This document shows positions 52,376-61,848 of a stretch of DNA of 64,000 nucleotides, one piece after another (positions within the stretch are counted from its first letter, which is position 1; each line of letters opens with the position of its first letter). Position numbers and translations under genes: made by a program. Below the pieces are notes generated by a model, which was not told where the DNA came from, did no database searches, and worked only from the letters and a program-made list of their open reading frames with translations. Origin of the DNA: a virus. The stretch covers positions 32,529 through 96,528 of the IMG/VR virus record IMGVR_UViG_3300045988_108820, one strand, 5' to 3'.

Positions 52376-55300
52376 TTAGCAAAGTTTTTTATATTCTTCT
52401 TCTATAGTTTTTTCATCAAATTTAATTCCAAGAACTTCAAGTCTAGATTTCATGAACTTCTTAACTTGTGATTCAATAGCCTTCTTAAACTCATTGTCCA
52501 TATTTTTATAATTTTGGATAGTACTTTCTGCATCTGCAAGTGTTTTACCCTTCGTCATATATATTTGGTGTAATAAGTCTATTTGCTCTTGTTCACTATT
52601 AGTAGATTCATCTAACTTAGTTTCTCTATCCACATCTGGATTATTAATCTCTGATTTTGTATTATCTTCCAAGGATACTGAAGGAATCTCAAGAGGTTTC
52701 TCAATTCCATCAATGCTAATCTCTAGATAGTCTTTGTTACTTCCAAGAGGATTAATTTCTTTGTACTCAATAGATTCATCTTTTGATAGAACTTGCTGAT
52801 ATAATTTATCAACATTATCTACTCTCATTTTAAAATATTGAGTTTTCTGAAGATCTTTAACATCACTCTCTTTATATACTTCAAAGTTACCATTCTCAAG
52901 CTTTCTCATAACAAGATTTTTCTTTCTAGGAACAAGCTTGTTATTGTCCCAGTTATTTCTAATAAACTGGTCAAGGACTATCTCAGGTGTGCTACTTGGG
53001 AGTACTCTAAATGTATCAACATAACTACTAAGTCTCTCTTTCACATATACAGGAACTAAACTCATAAAGGTTTTAGGAGAAAATCCTATTCCAGCTCTAA
53101 AGAAACAGTACTTAAAGAGTTTTTCAGATAATTCTGGATTCACTCTATGAAGGTCAATCCAAGCACTACTTAGTCTTTCTTTTTGTAGAATATCAAGACC
53201 AGTAATATCAACCTGAAGAGTGGCTCTACCTCCTTTATCAGTTCCATATTTTATAGACTGAATGAGAAGATTATTTTTATACTGTTCTTTGTAGTTTTTC
53301 TCCATAAACTCCTTAGGGAACTCTGATATAGTTTTACCTAAATCATTTGATTTTACTACATTACCTGCTACAACAAGATAGGACTGATAGAAGTCACTTA
53401 AACTACTAAGAATTTTTCTATCACCGAGAATAACATCACCTATTGGATTTTCACTAGCATAAGTGAGGATATTTCTAAATCCTGTACTATTAGCTGGCAT
53501 ACTACTAAATAAGCCTTGTGCTATTCCTAATGTTTTTCTAAATTGATTTAGAATAGGATGTGCAAGGAAGATATCATTAATACTAATTTCCTCTCCATCT
53601 GAGCCAAGAATATTACTCTCAGAAGAAAGCTTTTCCATTTTATGCTCGGTGATTAAATTATCAATAATCAATGGACCCACTGCACTACTTATTGAGTTAA
53701 ATCTAGTAGCAAATGTAGGCATCCTCATAGCGTCAGCAAGTCTTTGAAAGTTTCTAAATGACTTAAGAACTTTGTATTCAATTCTTGAATCCCTTGATTT
53801 TACACCTTTAATTAATTGCTCTCTAGTAAGTTCTTCTTCATTAAGTAAACTATTCTCATCAATATTTAGATCTTTCTCTATTTTCTTTATCCTATTTTCA
53901 ACTACTTTACTTAAAGAAGTAAATCCTGTGATATTTTCACTACTAAATTGATTAAGAACATCTGATATAACTCTTTGAGATAAGAAGAGAGCAGCATCAT
54001 CAAAAGGCATTCCAAGTCTTACAAGAGTATTAAGAATATTAGCTGTATTACTATTAATATTCATCAAGTTAAGTACAGGATCTTTAACAGCATCAGCTGC
54101 ACTAGCAACTAAACTACCAAGTACTTTACCAACTGATTGTCCACTATTATCAAGTCTAACATCAATAGGCATATTACCTCCAAAAGTCATATCTGCTACA
54201 GTAAATGGTCTAGTAAGGTTACATGCATTATCTACATTCATCATATATCCTTCATTCTCTATTACTGCATGAGCAGTTCTATTAACTGCAAAGATACCAA
54301 TAAGAGAACCAGCAGCACTATTTTGTTTGTAGAATTGTATATGAGTATCAATAAACATAAGATTCTTATCTTTACTACTTAAATCCTTGAGTTCATCAAT
54401 AGACATCTTACTTAATTCATCATAGCTTTTGTCAGTAGTTCTAAGAGCAGTTACAAGATAACCCATTCTCTTTTGTGGGTCAAAGCCACCTGGATTTAGC
54501 ATTTCTGCACAACTAGTTTCATGTGTTAATACCTCATAAGTCATATCAACAATCTTATTATTTCTATAAGTTCTTCCTTCTGTAGGTTTATTAACAGTAA
54601 AAGCATTTTGTAAATATAACTTAAGTAACTTACTATAAGAATTACTAGGAATTGACATGAATCCTTCAGCTGTCTTTTGATTAACTAGAGAGGCTCTATC
54701 AAATGGGTCTTCAAGAAATTGTCTAACCAAATCATTAAGTTTGCTTTTAACATTATAACTTAGTTTCCCTTTTTGAGACTCAACTAGAGAATCATATAAT
54801 ATTTTATGAAGAGCAGATTTAGTAATTTTATTTTTAGAAATACTGTAATCTTTTCTCATAAGATACTCCTTATCAACATCAAAGTCTGAACCTGTGAGTA
54901 GTGTAATATCACTAGGTAACATAATACCATCACCAGCTTCTCTAGGTAAGAAACCCACAATCTTCAAAGGAGCCATACTATATTTAGCTTCAGTAGGAAT
55001 TCTATAGCCAATCATCTTTAATAAATCAGGGTCAAGAGCTTCCAATGCTTCTATGCTAATGTTACCATTCTTATCAGCGAATTGACTGAATAGATTGTTA
55101 GCATATATAGGAGCAAATACCTCAAAGTAAGCAATACCTCCTTGATTTTCTTTTATATAATCTTTATAGGACATTGTACCTTCAGAAACCTTTAATCCTT
55201 TGTATTTAGCATTAAATTTATCAGTTTGAGAAAGTTCTTTCTTTATAGGATTTTTTTCATATTCTGCTCTTGTTTTTAATAAACCTCCATTCTTGTCTTT

Positions 55301-58300
55301 AAATCTAATATTAAGTTCTCTAGAAGTACCAAAGTTAGTAACCTGTACAACAGGACCACCAGCTATTTCTTGTTTATTAACTCTATTCTTTATAACAGAG
55401 TTGACTAATTGTTCAACTCTTTTACTCTGAATAGGATCTCCAAGAGGTATTCTAAATCTACCATTTTCATCAACCGAACAAGCTTGTAAGAGATCTATAC
55501 CATATCTAGGACTGGATAATATTTCTCTTTGTAATATCTTACTAAGAGCTATATTTCTATCTTTTGTATTAGTACTTTGAAGACCTAGAGCACTCTCTAA
55601 ACCACTTATACTATCTTCAATATTATCTGCAATAGTTTGTTCATACTCAGACTTAAATTCATCAGCAGATATTTTTTTACCTTCAACTTCATAGGTTGCA
55701 TCATTTCCAAAGCTATCTTTTGTAGCAAGTTCTGATACTACAATATATCTCAATTGGGAGCCATGAACTTGCTCATGATTCTTAAAGTGCTCAGGCACTT
55801 CTTGTTGTAAACAATAGTCTTCAAAAGGTAGCTCTTGAACATAAGTTTGATTATATTTACCTGTTTTGGTATCTATAGTCACATCCTCAAGTTTTCCAGT
55901 CTCTTGGTTAGTTCTTTGGATTGTTTTAGGAGCTGTCTCATATATACAAGCCTCCATAACAGCTTTGGCTTTAGCTTCTCCATTGACATCATTAATATAT
56001 TTATTAAGATTAATTCTGCCCATTAAGCCAGACTTTACAGTTGACTCAAACTGAACAGTATCAATACCATCTGTCTTATAGTTACCATCTTCATCATAGT
56101 GACTTTCTTCCATTACTTCATAGATTGCTCTAAGTAGGTTTGGTCTACCAGTGTTCTCATTTTGAAGAATAGCATCAGCCATTATAAGAAGATATTCAGA
56201 GTTTTTATTCTGTACAGGTATTTTAAGCTTATCAAGGGGAGCATTAGGTACACCAGAAGACTTTTCTATTTGACTATAAACAAAGGGCTTTAGTGGTTGA
56301 AACGCTACACTTAGATCACTATAATTGTAATCTCCCTTTCTAAGTTTTTGATATATTTCTTCTGCCTTTTTACTCCATTTACCAAAAATAAATGCTTTCT
56401 TTCTATATGATGTTGGAGAAGAATATCCTTGAGCATCTGCTACATTTATTTTTCTAAATGCACCATCTTTACCTACAAGAGAGTCTTTTAATACTCTATA
56501 ACCATCTTTTTCAGCTTCTGGAGCTTCAGCTATCTTTCTATCAAAAACAATTGATACATTGTCAATGATATTAGATACAAAGTCATCCCAGTCTTTAAGA
56601 TAGAAGGTTCTTTCCTTTCCATCAGAGACTTTACTACCTTCATAGTCTGTAGCATCTACATTACCTCTTATACCTGGAGCATGGATTTGTGCTAATCTCT
56701 TTTGTAAATCTTCTGCATCCTTATAATAGGCAATATCAGTTACAGTTAATTCCATTATGTTCATAGCTGCAAAAGTATCATTCCAAACAAAGTTTTCAAG
56801 ATTAGATTTAATCTCTTCCTCTGTAGTACCAATACCTGAGATTTTCTTAGCTCCTTCCATAAGACCAGAGTTAATCCAATTCTCTACAATGGATTTAGCT
56901 CTAGTGTCTAAAGTATCAAAGATAGCTTTATTAGCAAGTTCATATAACTTAGCTTCATCTACTTCTTTACCATTGATTTTATTGTTTATAAGTTTACCTA
57001 ATTCACTATTCTTTTTATCTCCAGTAAGATAATCATTCATAAAGTCAAGGAAGCAGAACTTTTTACCATTTTTATCAAAATTCTTTATGAATCTTGGACC
57101 TTTACTATCGAGGTTTCTCATCAGTACGGTTTGGATTCTACTTAACTCTTGATTAAATATGTCCATCATACCATCTGTAATAGTTTCTCTATAGTTAATA
57201 CCTCTTTCACTATAAAACCTTATGAATTCAGAAGATGGCTTATTAGATAACATAGGCACCCTAAACCAAGCAGGTACTCTTGATTGTTTATCATTTGCAC
57301 CTTCTGAAAAATACTCTGTAAGTAATGAGAGTGCATACTCCATATCACTCATATTCTTCATATAATTGTGCTTATTGAAACTGAGTTGTACTTTATGTTT
57401 AAAAACACTTCTAGCTTTACTATCAGTAGCTAAAGTTCTAAGCCAACTGTTTCTCCAACCTCTTTCAATATCTGTGCCTTCATGAAACCATGGTTGGTTT
57501 GCATACTCCTCGGTCAGAAAGTCATCAAAAGCCTGTCCCTCTTGACTAAATTTTTGCATTAACTTAGACATATAAGAAGGAGTTACATAACTTTGATACA
57601 TTTTACCATTATCATAAAAGGCAGAAATTGCAATATCTTCTAAGTGTTCTGTGATAGGCTTTAAGAACTCTCTCATATTACCATTGATACTATCTTTAGC
57701 CTTAAACTTGAAAGGTTCATAAGAAGCATTATCAAGATTATTTTCAAAAGATCTTATCATGTATCCTAAAGCACTATACATCTTTTTAAAAGTTTCACTC
57801 GTAAGATTACTCTTTACCATATCAGGAGTTACATAATAACCAAATAAGCTTGAAATATAATCTAAAGTATTAGCAACTTCATCTTTATCAACTTCTTTAG
57901 ATAAATCATATCCTGTATGCCTAAACTTTTCAAGACTGTCATAAGCAGATTTAAGTTCTCCAAATGATTTTTTATTTATACCCTCAGTAGTAAATAATGG
58001 ATGTTCTCCTATTTTATACTGAGTTGTGACTTGCGTCATGGCTTCACTAAGAGCAGGATTTTCATTTACTGAAATACTTTTATATTTTCCATCTTCTTCA
58101 ATTACTGTTGAATATGATTGAAATGGCTTAAAGAATGTTCCGTAGAATTGACTCTGAAAATCAGTCTCTTTACCAGAAGTATCAGATAATCTATCAATAA
58201 GTTGTTTAACCCAAGGATTATCTTTCTGCTTTCCTTGTAATTTAGTTATTGCACTAGCCAAACTTAATGAGCCTTGTGTCCATCTAAGTATAGAATTAGT

Positions 58301-61300
58301 TGCTTCTCTTACATTTATTCTTTCATTGATACCAAACTCTGATTGTACATTGTTCCCATCTTTATCAAGAATATAACATTTAAGTAAGGCTTTCCTAACC
58401 AATTGAGACATAGTTTCAAGTATATCTTGACATCTAGATTCTAATTGCCAATGCTCTTGAAGATTACCTTCAATTTCTTCCACACTTGCCTGGTCATTAG
58501 ATTCATTAAAGTTATCTGCATCACCCACAAGATCTTCATTGACTTCATTAACTTTCCCATCAGGTGTGGATACTATACTAAAATCTTCAAAGTTTAAGAA
58601 TGAACTTTGTGCAAGTAACATTACAGCTTGCCAATTATCAGTAATAGCAGTAGCTTTATCTATTGTATCAAAGTTGTCAAAGTCATTATGTTCAGGAGAA
58701 AACTTCTGTCTGCACATTTCAATTATATTGTCAACTCCAATAGTTCTAACTACATCTGCTCTAGTCATAGAGGCAAAATCTTTGTCAGTACCATCCTTAT
58801 TTTTAAACCTATCACCATAGATAGTTTTAGCTGCCTCTGGATTTTCTTGCAATTCAGTAATATGGTCTGAAATCCAATATACAGCTTGTTCAGCTATATG
58901 TCTTACTTCTGTTGCAGAAAGGAGACTATCTCCTAAAAGGTTGTCTATTTGTTGCATCTTATCTTGTTGTTTTAATGTATATAAATCTTGTTCTTTTTCT
59001 TTTCTATCTATCTGTGAAGTTTCTTCTTGAGTACCATCTTCAGTATTAGCTACTTGAACATTAGTAGTAGTTTGTAGATTATTATCCTGAGACTCTTGCT
59101 TATTTAATCTAATACCTTTCTCTAGTTCTATTCTATGAATAGCATCTAAAGTAGCTCTCTTCTCTACTTCTATTTTGTTAGGTGAAAGCCAATCTATTGC
59201 ATAAGGAACTAAACTACCATAAGTATCTCTTATATCTCCTTCATAATAGTCTTTACCACTATCCTCCCAATACTTATGACTTAATTCATGATATGTTACT
59301 AAATTTTTAGCATCTTCATCAGTTTGAATTATTTCTCTTAGTCTTTCTTCTGTATATCCTTCCTTTGCTAATTCTTTAAAGACTACCCTTTTTTGTTCTG
59401 ATGTGCTACTAGGGACTTCACCTTTAATATATTTAAAAACATCTTCTTTACTAAGATTCCTAGCAACTACTATATTACCACTCCTAGTAAATCCAAGTTT
59501 TCCATTTAATATTTTCTCATCAGTAGTTTCATTTATAGGAGCTTGAAATTTAGAGTACTCTTCAAAAGTTCCATCACTCTTAAGATAATCACTACTACCT
59601 TTGGAGTAATCATAAATACCCCCTCTTAAGTTTTTATTAGCAGAATTAAAATACTCTTGTGAAATAGAAATAATTTCCTCTAAAGCTGAATCTTTTATAT
59701 CTATTCCTTGAGATTTAAACATTTTATTAAATAAATTAGTAAGATAATTTATAAATCTCTTAAAAGCATTTTCTTTCTTACCTAACTTTATTTTACTTAA
59801 TTCTACTTGAAAGGCTCTATCTGTTAAAGCTACAGCTACAAATTCTTTAGCATTAGTTAATCCATACCACTCAGTTCCCTTTAATTGTTCTTCACATTGT
59901 AGATATAGATTCCATACATTATTAGAAAATTCTGTTTGTACTTTATTAAAGTTCTTTATTTTAGACCAAGAAGGGTGATAATTTAAAATCTCAGCAGTAA
60001 CAGCATGAATTAATTCGTGAGTTAATACCTTCATAATACCTCCCTTTACATTAGCTTTATCATCTGTCATTAGATAATCTAATAATAAAGCAGGATTAAT
60101 TCTTATTGTAGCTGTTCTAAAATTATCTTGTTTTCTACTAGCTATACCATCTAAATTAGAGTCTATAAGTATATTTATAGGAATATTATTATTTCTTAAT
60201 ATCTCAACTACTTGTTTAAATAATTGGTGATATGGATTAGTAGGTTTTACTTTACTTAAAAACTCATCAATTAAAGAGTTATTTAGAGTAATACCTTCCT
60301 GCTTTAATATAGCTATAGCTCTCTCTCCCTCTATAGCATTCTCAATAGAGTCCCCTGATATATAGTCTTCCCTATTAAGCAATTCTAACTCCTTATTAAT
60401 TTCTTCTTGTCTTGAGAAAGCTTGCTTTTTATGCCATTTATCTATTAAATTATCAGCTAACTTAGGGTTTTTTAATTCTGATAAAACATTATCTAGTTCT
60501 TTTAAATTGTGAATTATATTACCCTTATCATCAACTTTTATTCTAGTATTATAGCTTTTATTAAATCCAGCTGCCTTTCTTCTTAATGCTCCTACTTTTC
60601 TTTCTAATGGAAGATTTTTAAAGTCTTCTTTAGCTATATCCATTAGACTTAGAACATTACTAAGATTTTCTCTCTCTTTCTCTATAGACTTTATTCTATC
60701 ATCTATTTTACTCTGTAATTGTGTCTTAGATTCTCCCTTATAAGAAATTCCAAGAGCTGATTTTTCTTCATTATAATAATCTATTCTATCATCAGTTCTG
60801 GAGAAGGTTCCTATATTACTCTCAGCTGATTTAATTTGATTTGGGGTTGGAACAACTATTTCTTCATATCTCCCCTCAGCACCTGAATATAACACACCAT
60901 CATATTCTTCCGTATTACCTATTCCCCTATTAAAGTTTTCAGCTAATTCCACATTTTTAATAGCTTCTTTCATACTTATATTAGGATCTGTCCCTGCTCT
61001 TAATGGTTTTTTTATATTTACAAATAATTTCATTATATTACCATATTGAGCAGCTTTATTCTCTACGGAAGATAAATATAATCCTTTACCATAGTATCCA
61101 TCATCTGTGTTTTTACCAAACATTTTAGTATCTAGTATATTCCACTTACTATTGGTACCATGATAAACAACTAAAGGTTCACCATTTTCATCTACTACTT
61201 TAGAAGCATTCTCTGGGTCATTTTCCCAATCACCAAACCAACCTTTAAATTCTTTAGTTCTAACCTGAGCATATTGTCTTTCATCAAGATTAGACTTTTT

Positions 61301-61723
61301 ACCGTTAGGAGCTAATAAATTACCTTCTGAGTCTCTTTTAGCATTAGATAAAATATACTTATATTCTGACTCAAATGTGGGATTTCCTATCATTAAATCA
61401 TAAGTTCCATTTTTTCTCTCTACAATAGAAATACTATCCTTTCCAAATATTTTAACTGCATTGTTATACTCCTCATTAGCTAAGATTAGTGTGGGAAAGT
61501 TAATAGGAGATGAGTATTGCTTCTCCCATACTTCAATCATATTATGGTCTCCAGTAAAAGACTTTGGCTTGAGTAAATTATTTACTTCTTCTGCACTTGG
61601 AAATCTATCACTATTCTCAGAATTTTGTATCTTATGAATAATTAGTTCTAGAGCAGATGAGGATATATCTACCTCATCAAGTAAAGTTTTAAACTCTCTT
61701 GAATTAATATTAACACAACTCAT
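52376..61723 (-). CDS. giant virion-packaged RNA-polymerase-type protein (3115 aa) with N-terminal ART-like and HExxH modules
   Basis: DFDVD at residues 2280-2284 (LLTGSDFDVDKEY) matches the DxDxD metal-binding motif of two-barrel RNAPs, as reported for crAss-like virion RNAPs. The N-terminal effector-like domains are listed as sub-features. Confidence 0.7.
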   Translation of the reverse strand: MSCVNINSREFKTLLDEVDISSSALELIIHKIQNSENSDRFPSAEEVNNLLKPKSFTGDHNMIEVWEKQYSSPINFPTLILANEEYNNAVKIFGKDSISIVERKNGTYDLMIGNPTFESEYKYILSNAKRDSEGNLLAPNGKKSNLDERQYAQVRTKEFKGWFGDWENDPENASKVVDENGEPLVVYHGTNSKWNILDTKMFGKNTDDGYYGKGLYLSSVENKAAQYGNIMKLFVNIKKPLRAGTDPNISMKEAIKNVELAENFNRGIGNTEEYDGVLYSGAEGRYEEIVVPTPNQIKSAESNIGTFSRTDDRIDYYNEEKSALGISYKGESKTQLQSKIDDRIKSIEKERENLSNVLSLMDIAKEDFKNLPLERKVGALRRKAAGFNKSYNTRIKVDDKGNIIHNLKELDNVLSELKNPKLADNLIDKWHKKQAFSRQEEINKELELLNREDYISGDSIENAIEGERAIAILKQEGITLNNSLIDEFLSKVKPTNPYHQLFKQVVEILRNNNIPINILIDSNLDGIASRKQDNFRTATIRINPALLLDYLMTDDKANVKGGIMKVLTHELIHAVTAEILNYHPSWSKIKNFNKVQTEFSNNVWNLYLQCEEQLKGTEWYGLTNAKEFVAVALTDRAFQVELSKIKLGKKENAFKRFINYLTNLFNKMFKSQGIDIKDSALEEIISISQEYFNSANKNLRGGIYDYSKGSSDYLKSDGTFEEYSKFQAPINETTDEKILNGKLGFTRSGNIVVARNLSKEDVFKYIKGEVPSSTSEQKRVVFKELAKEGYTEERLREIIQTDEDAKNLVTYHELSHKYWEDSGKDYYEGDIRDTYGSLVPYAIDWLSPNKIEVEKRATLDAIHRIELEKGIRLNKQESQDNNLQTTTNVQVANTEDGTQEETSQIDRKEKEQDLYTLKQQDKMQQIDNLLGDSLLSATEVRHIAEQAVYWISDHITELQENPEAAKTIYGDRFKNKDGTDKDFASMTRADVVRTIGVDNIIEMCRQKFSPEHNDFDNFDTIDKATAITDNWQAVMLLAQSSFLNFEDFSIVSTPDGKVNEVNEDLVGDADNFNESNDQASVEEIEGNLQEHWQLESRCQDILETMSQLVRKALLKCYILDKDGNNVQSEFGINERINVREATNSILRWTQGSLSLASAITKLQGKQKDNPWVKQLIDRLSDTSGKETDFQSQFYGTFFKPFQSYSTVIEEDGKYKSISVNENPALSEAMTQVTTQYKIGEHPLFTTEGINKKSFGELKSAYDSLEKFRHTGYDLSKEVDKDEVANTLDYISSLFGYYVTPDMVKSNLTSETFKKMYSALGYMIRSFENNLDNASYEPFKFKAKDSINGNMREFLKPITEHLEDIAISAFYDNGKMYQSYVTPSYMSKLMQKFSQEGQAFDDFLTEEYANQPWFHEGTDIERGWRNSWLRTLATDSKARSVFKHKVQLSFNKHNYMKNMSDMEYALSLLTEYFSEGANDKQSRVPAWFRVPMLSNKPSSEFIRFYSERGINYRETITDGMMDIFNQELSRIQTVLMRNLDSKGPRFIKNFDKNGKKFCFLDFMNDYLTGDKKNSELGKLINNKINGKEVDEAKLYELANKAIFDTLDTRAKSIVENWINSGLMEGAKKISGIGTTEEEIKSNLENFVWNDTFAAMNIMELTVTDIAYYKDAEDLQKRLAQIHAPGIRGNVDATDYEGSKVSDGKERTFYLKDWDDFVSNIIDNVSIVFDRKIAEAPEAEKDGYRVLKDSLVGKDGAFRKINVADAQGYSSPTSYRKKAFIFGKWSKKAEEIYQKLRKGDYNYSDLSVAFQPLKPFVYSQIEKSSGVPNAPLDKLKIPVQNKNSEYLLIMADAILQNENTGRPNLLRAIYEVMEESHYDEDGNYKTDGIDTVQFESTVKSGLMGRINLNKYINDVNGEAKAKAVMEACIYETAPKTIQRTNQETGKLEDVTIDTKTGKYNQTYVQELPFEDYCLQQEVPEHFKNHEQVHGSQLRYIVVSELATKDSFGNDATYEVEGKKISADEFKSEYEQTIADNIEDSISGLESALGLQSTNTKDRNIALSKILQREILSSPRYGIDLLQACSVDENGRFRIPLGDPIQSKRVEQLVNSVIKNRVNKQEIAGGPVVQVTNFGTSRELNIRFKDKNGGLLKTRAEYEKNPIKKELSQTDKFNAKYKGLKVSEGTMSYKDYIKENQGGIAYFEVFAPIYANNLFSQFADKNGNISIEALEALDPDLLKMIGYRIPTEAKYSMAPLKIVGFLPREAGDGIMLPSDITLLTGSDFDVDKEYLMRKDYSISKNKITKSALHKILYDSLVESQKGKLSYNVKSKLNDLVRQFLEDPFDRASLVNQKTAEGFMSIPSNSYSKLLKLYLQNAFTVNKPTEGRTYRNNKIVDMTYEVLTHETSCAEMLNPGGFDPQKRMGYLVTALRTTDKSYDELSKMSIDELKDLSSKDKNLMFIDTHIQFYKQNSAAGSLIGIFAVNRTAHAVIENEGYMMNVDNACNLTRPFTVADMTFGGNMPIDVRLDNSGQSVGKVLGSLVASAADAVKDPVLNLMNINSNTANILNTLVRLGMPFDDAALFLSQRVISDVLNQFSSENITGFTSLSKVVENRIKKIEKDLNIDENSLLNEEELTREQLIKGVKSRDSRIEYKVLKSFRNFQRLADAMRMPTFATRFNSISSAVGPLIIDNLITEHKMEKLSSESNILGSDGEEISINDIFLAHPILNQFRKTLGIAQGLFSSMPANSTGFRNILTYASENPIGDVILGDRKILSSLSDFYQSYLVVAGNVVKSNDLGKTISEFPKEFMEKNYKEQYKNNLLIQSIKYGTDKGGRATLQVDITGLDILQKERLSSAWIDLHRVNPELSEKLFKYCFFRAGIGFSPKTFMSLVPVYVKERLSSYVDTFRVLPSSTPEIVLDQFIRNNWDNNKLVPRKKNLVMRKLENGNFEVYKESDVKDLQKTQYFKMRVDNVDKLYQQVLSKDESIEYKEINPLGSNKDYLEISIDGIEKPLEIPSVSLEDNTKSEINNPDVDRETKLDESTNSEQEQIDLLHQIYMTKGKTLADAESTIQNYKNMDNEFKKAIESQVKKFMKSRLEVLGIKFDEKTIEEEYKKLC
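54872..54886 (-). other. DFDVD candidate catalytic Mg-binding motif of the two-barrel RNAP
   Basis: The minus strand reads GAC TTT GAT GTT GAT (D2280-F-D-V-D2284). Confidence 0.6.
59276..59290 (-). other. second HExxH motif (HELSH, residues 812-816)
   Basis: The minus strand reads CAT GAA TTA AGT CAT in the context LVTYHELSHKYWED. This may be an ArdC/SprT-like Zn-peptidase module, unverified. Confidence 0.35.
59774..60166 (-). other. zincin-like metallopeptidase module (HELIH, residues 569-573)
   Basis: VLTHELIHAVTAEIL, with the motif nucleotides at 60005-60019. Domain borders are approximate. Confidence 0.45.
60809..61351 (-). other. ADP-ribosyltransferase-like domain of the polyvalent-protein type (residues about 125-305)
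   Basis: LLAPNGKKSNLDERQYAQVRTKEFKGWFGDWE...SKVVDENGEPLVVYHGT...YGKGLYLSS...YEEIVVP matches the recurrent lead-in and H..Y..E pattern I recall for ART-like domains of phage and conjugative-element polyvalent proteins. Confidence 0.5.
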
Positions 61724-61748
61724 ATAATTTTTAATTAAGATTTTAGTA

Positions 61749-61780
61749 CAAAGTTAATTAAATTTTGCTTAGTTATCAAA
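61749..61780 (-). promoter_or_regulatory. Bacteroidota-type promoter (TTTG-N20-TAACTTTG on minus strand) for the RNAP-type operon
   Basis: The reverse complement of 61749-61756 is TAACTTTG and of 61777-61780 is TTTG. It lies 25 nt upstream of the ATG at 61723. Confidence 0.55.
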
Positions 61781-61810
61781 TATATAAGAACAAAAGTTGA
61801 TTGTTTTAAG

Positions 61811-61842
61811 AAAAAAATAGGGAAGAGTATAAACTCTTCCCT
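61811..61842 (-). terminator. rho-independent terminator after 61849..62067
   Basis: The minus strand shows AGGGAAGAGT, loop TTAT, ACTCTTCCCT, followed by ATTTTTTT. Confidence 0.7.
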
Positions 61843-61848
61843 TATTAT

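Noticed and set aside
52838-58870. Plus-strand ORFs inside the 3115-aa gene (52838..53059, 54137..54382, 55835..56054, 56757..57032, 58539..58870)
   Set aside because: They are antisense shadows of a 9.3-kb continuous frame.
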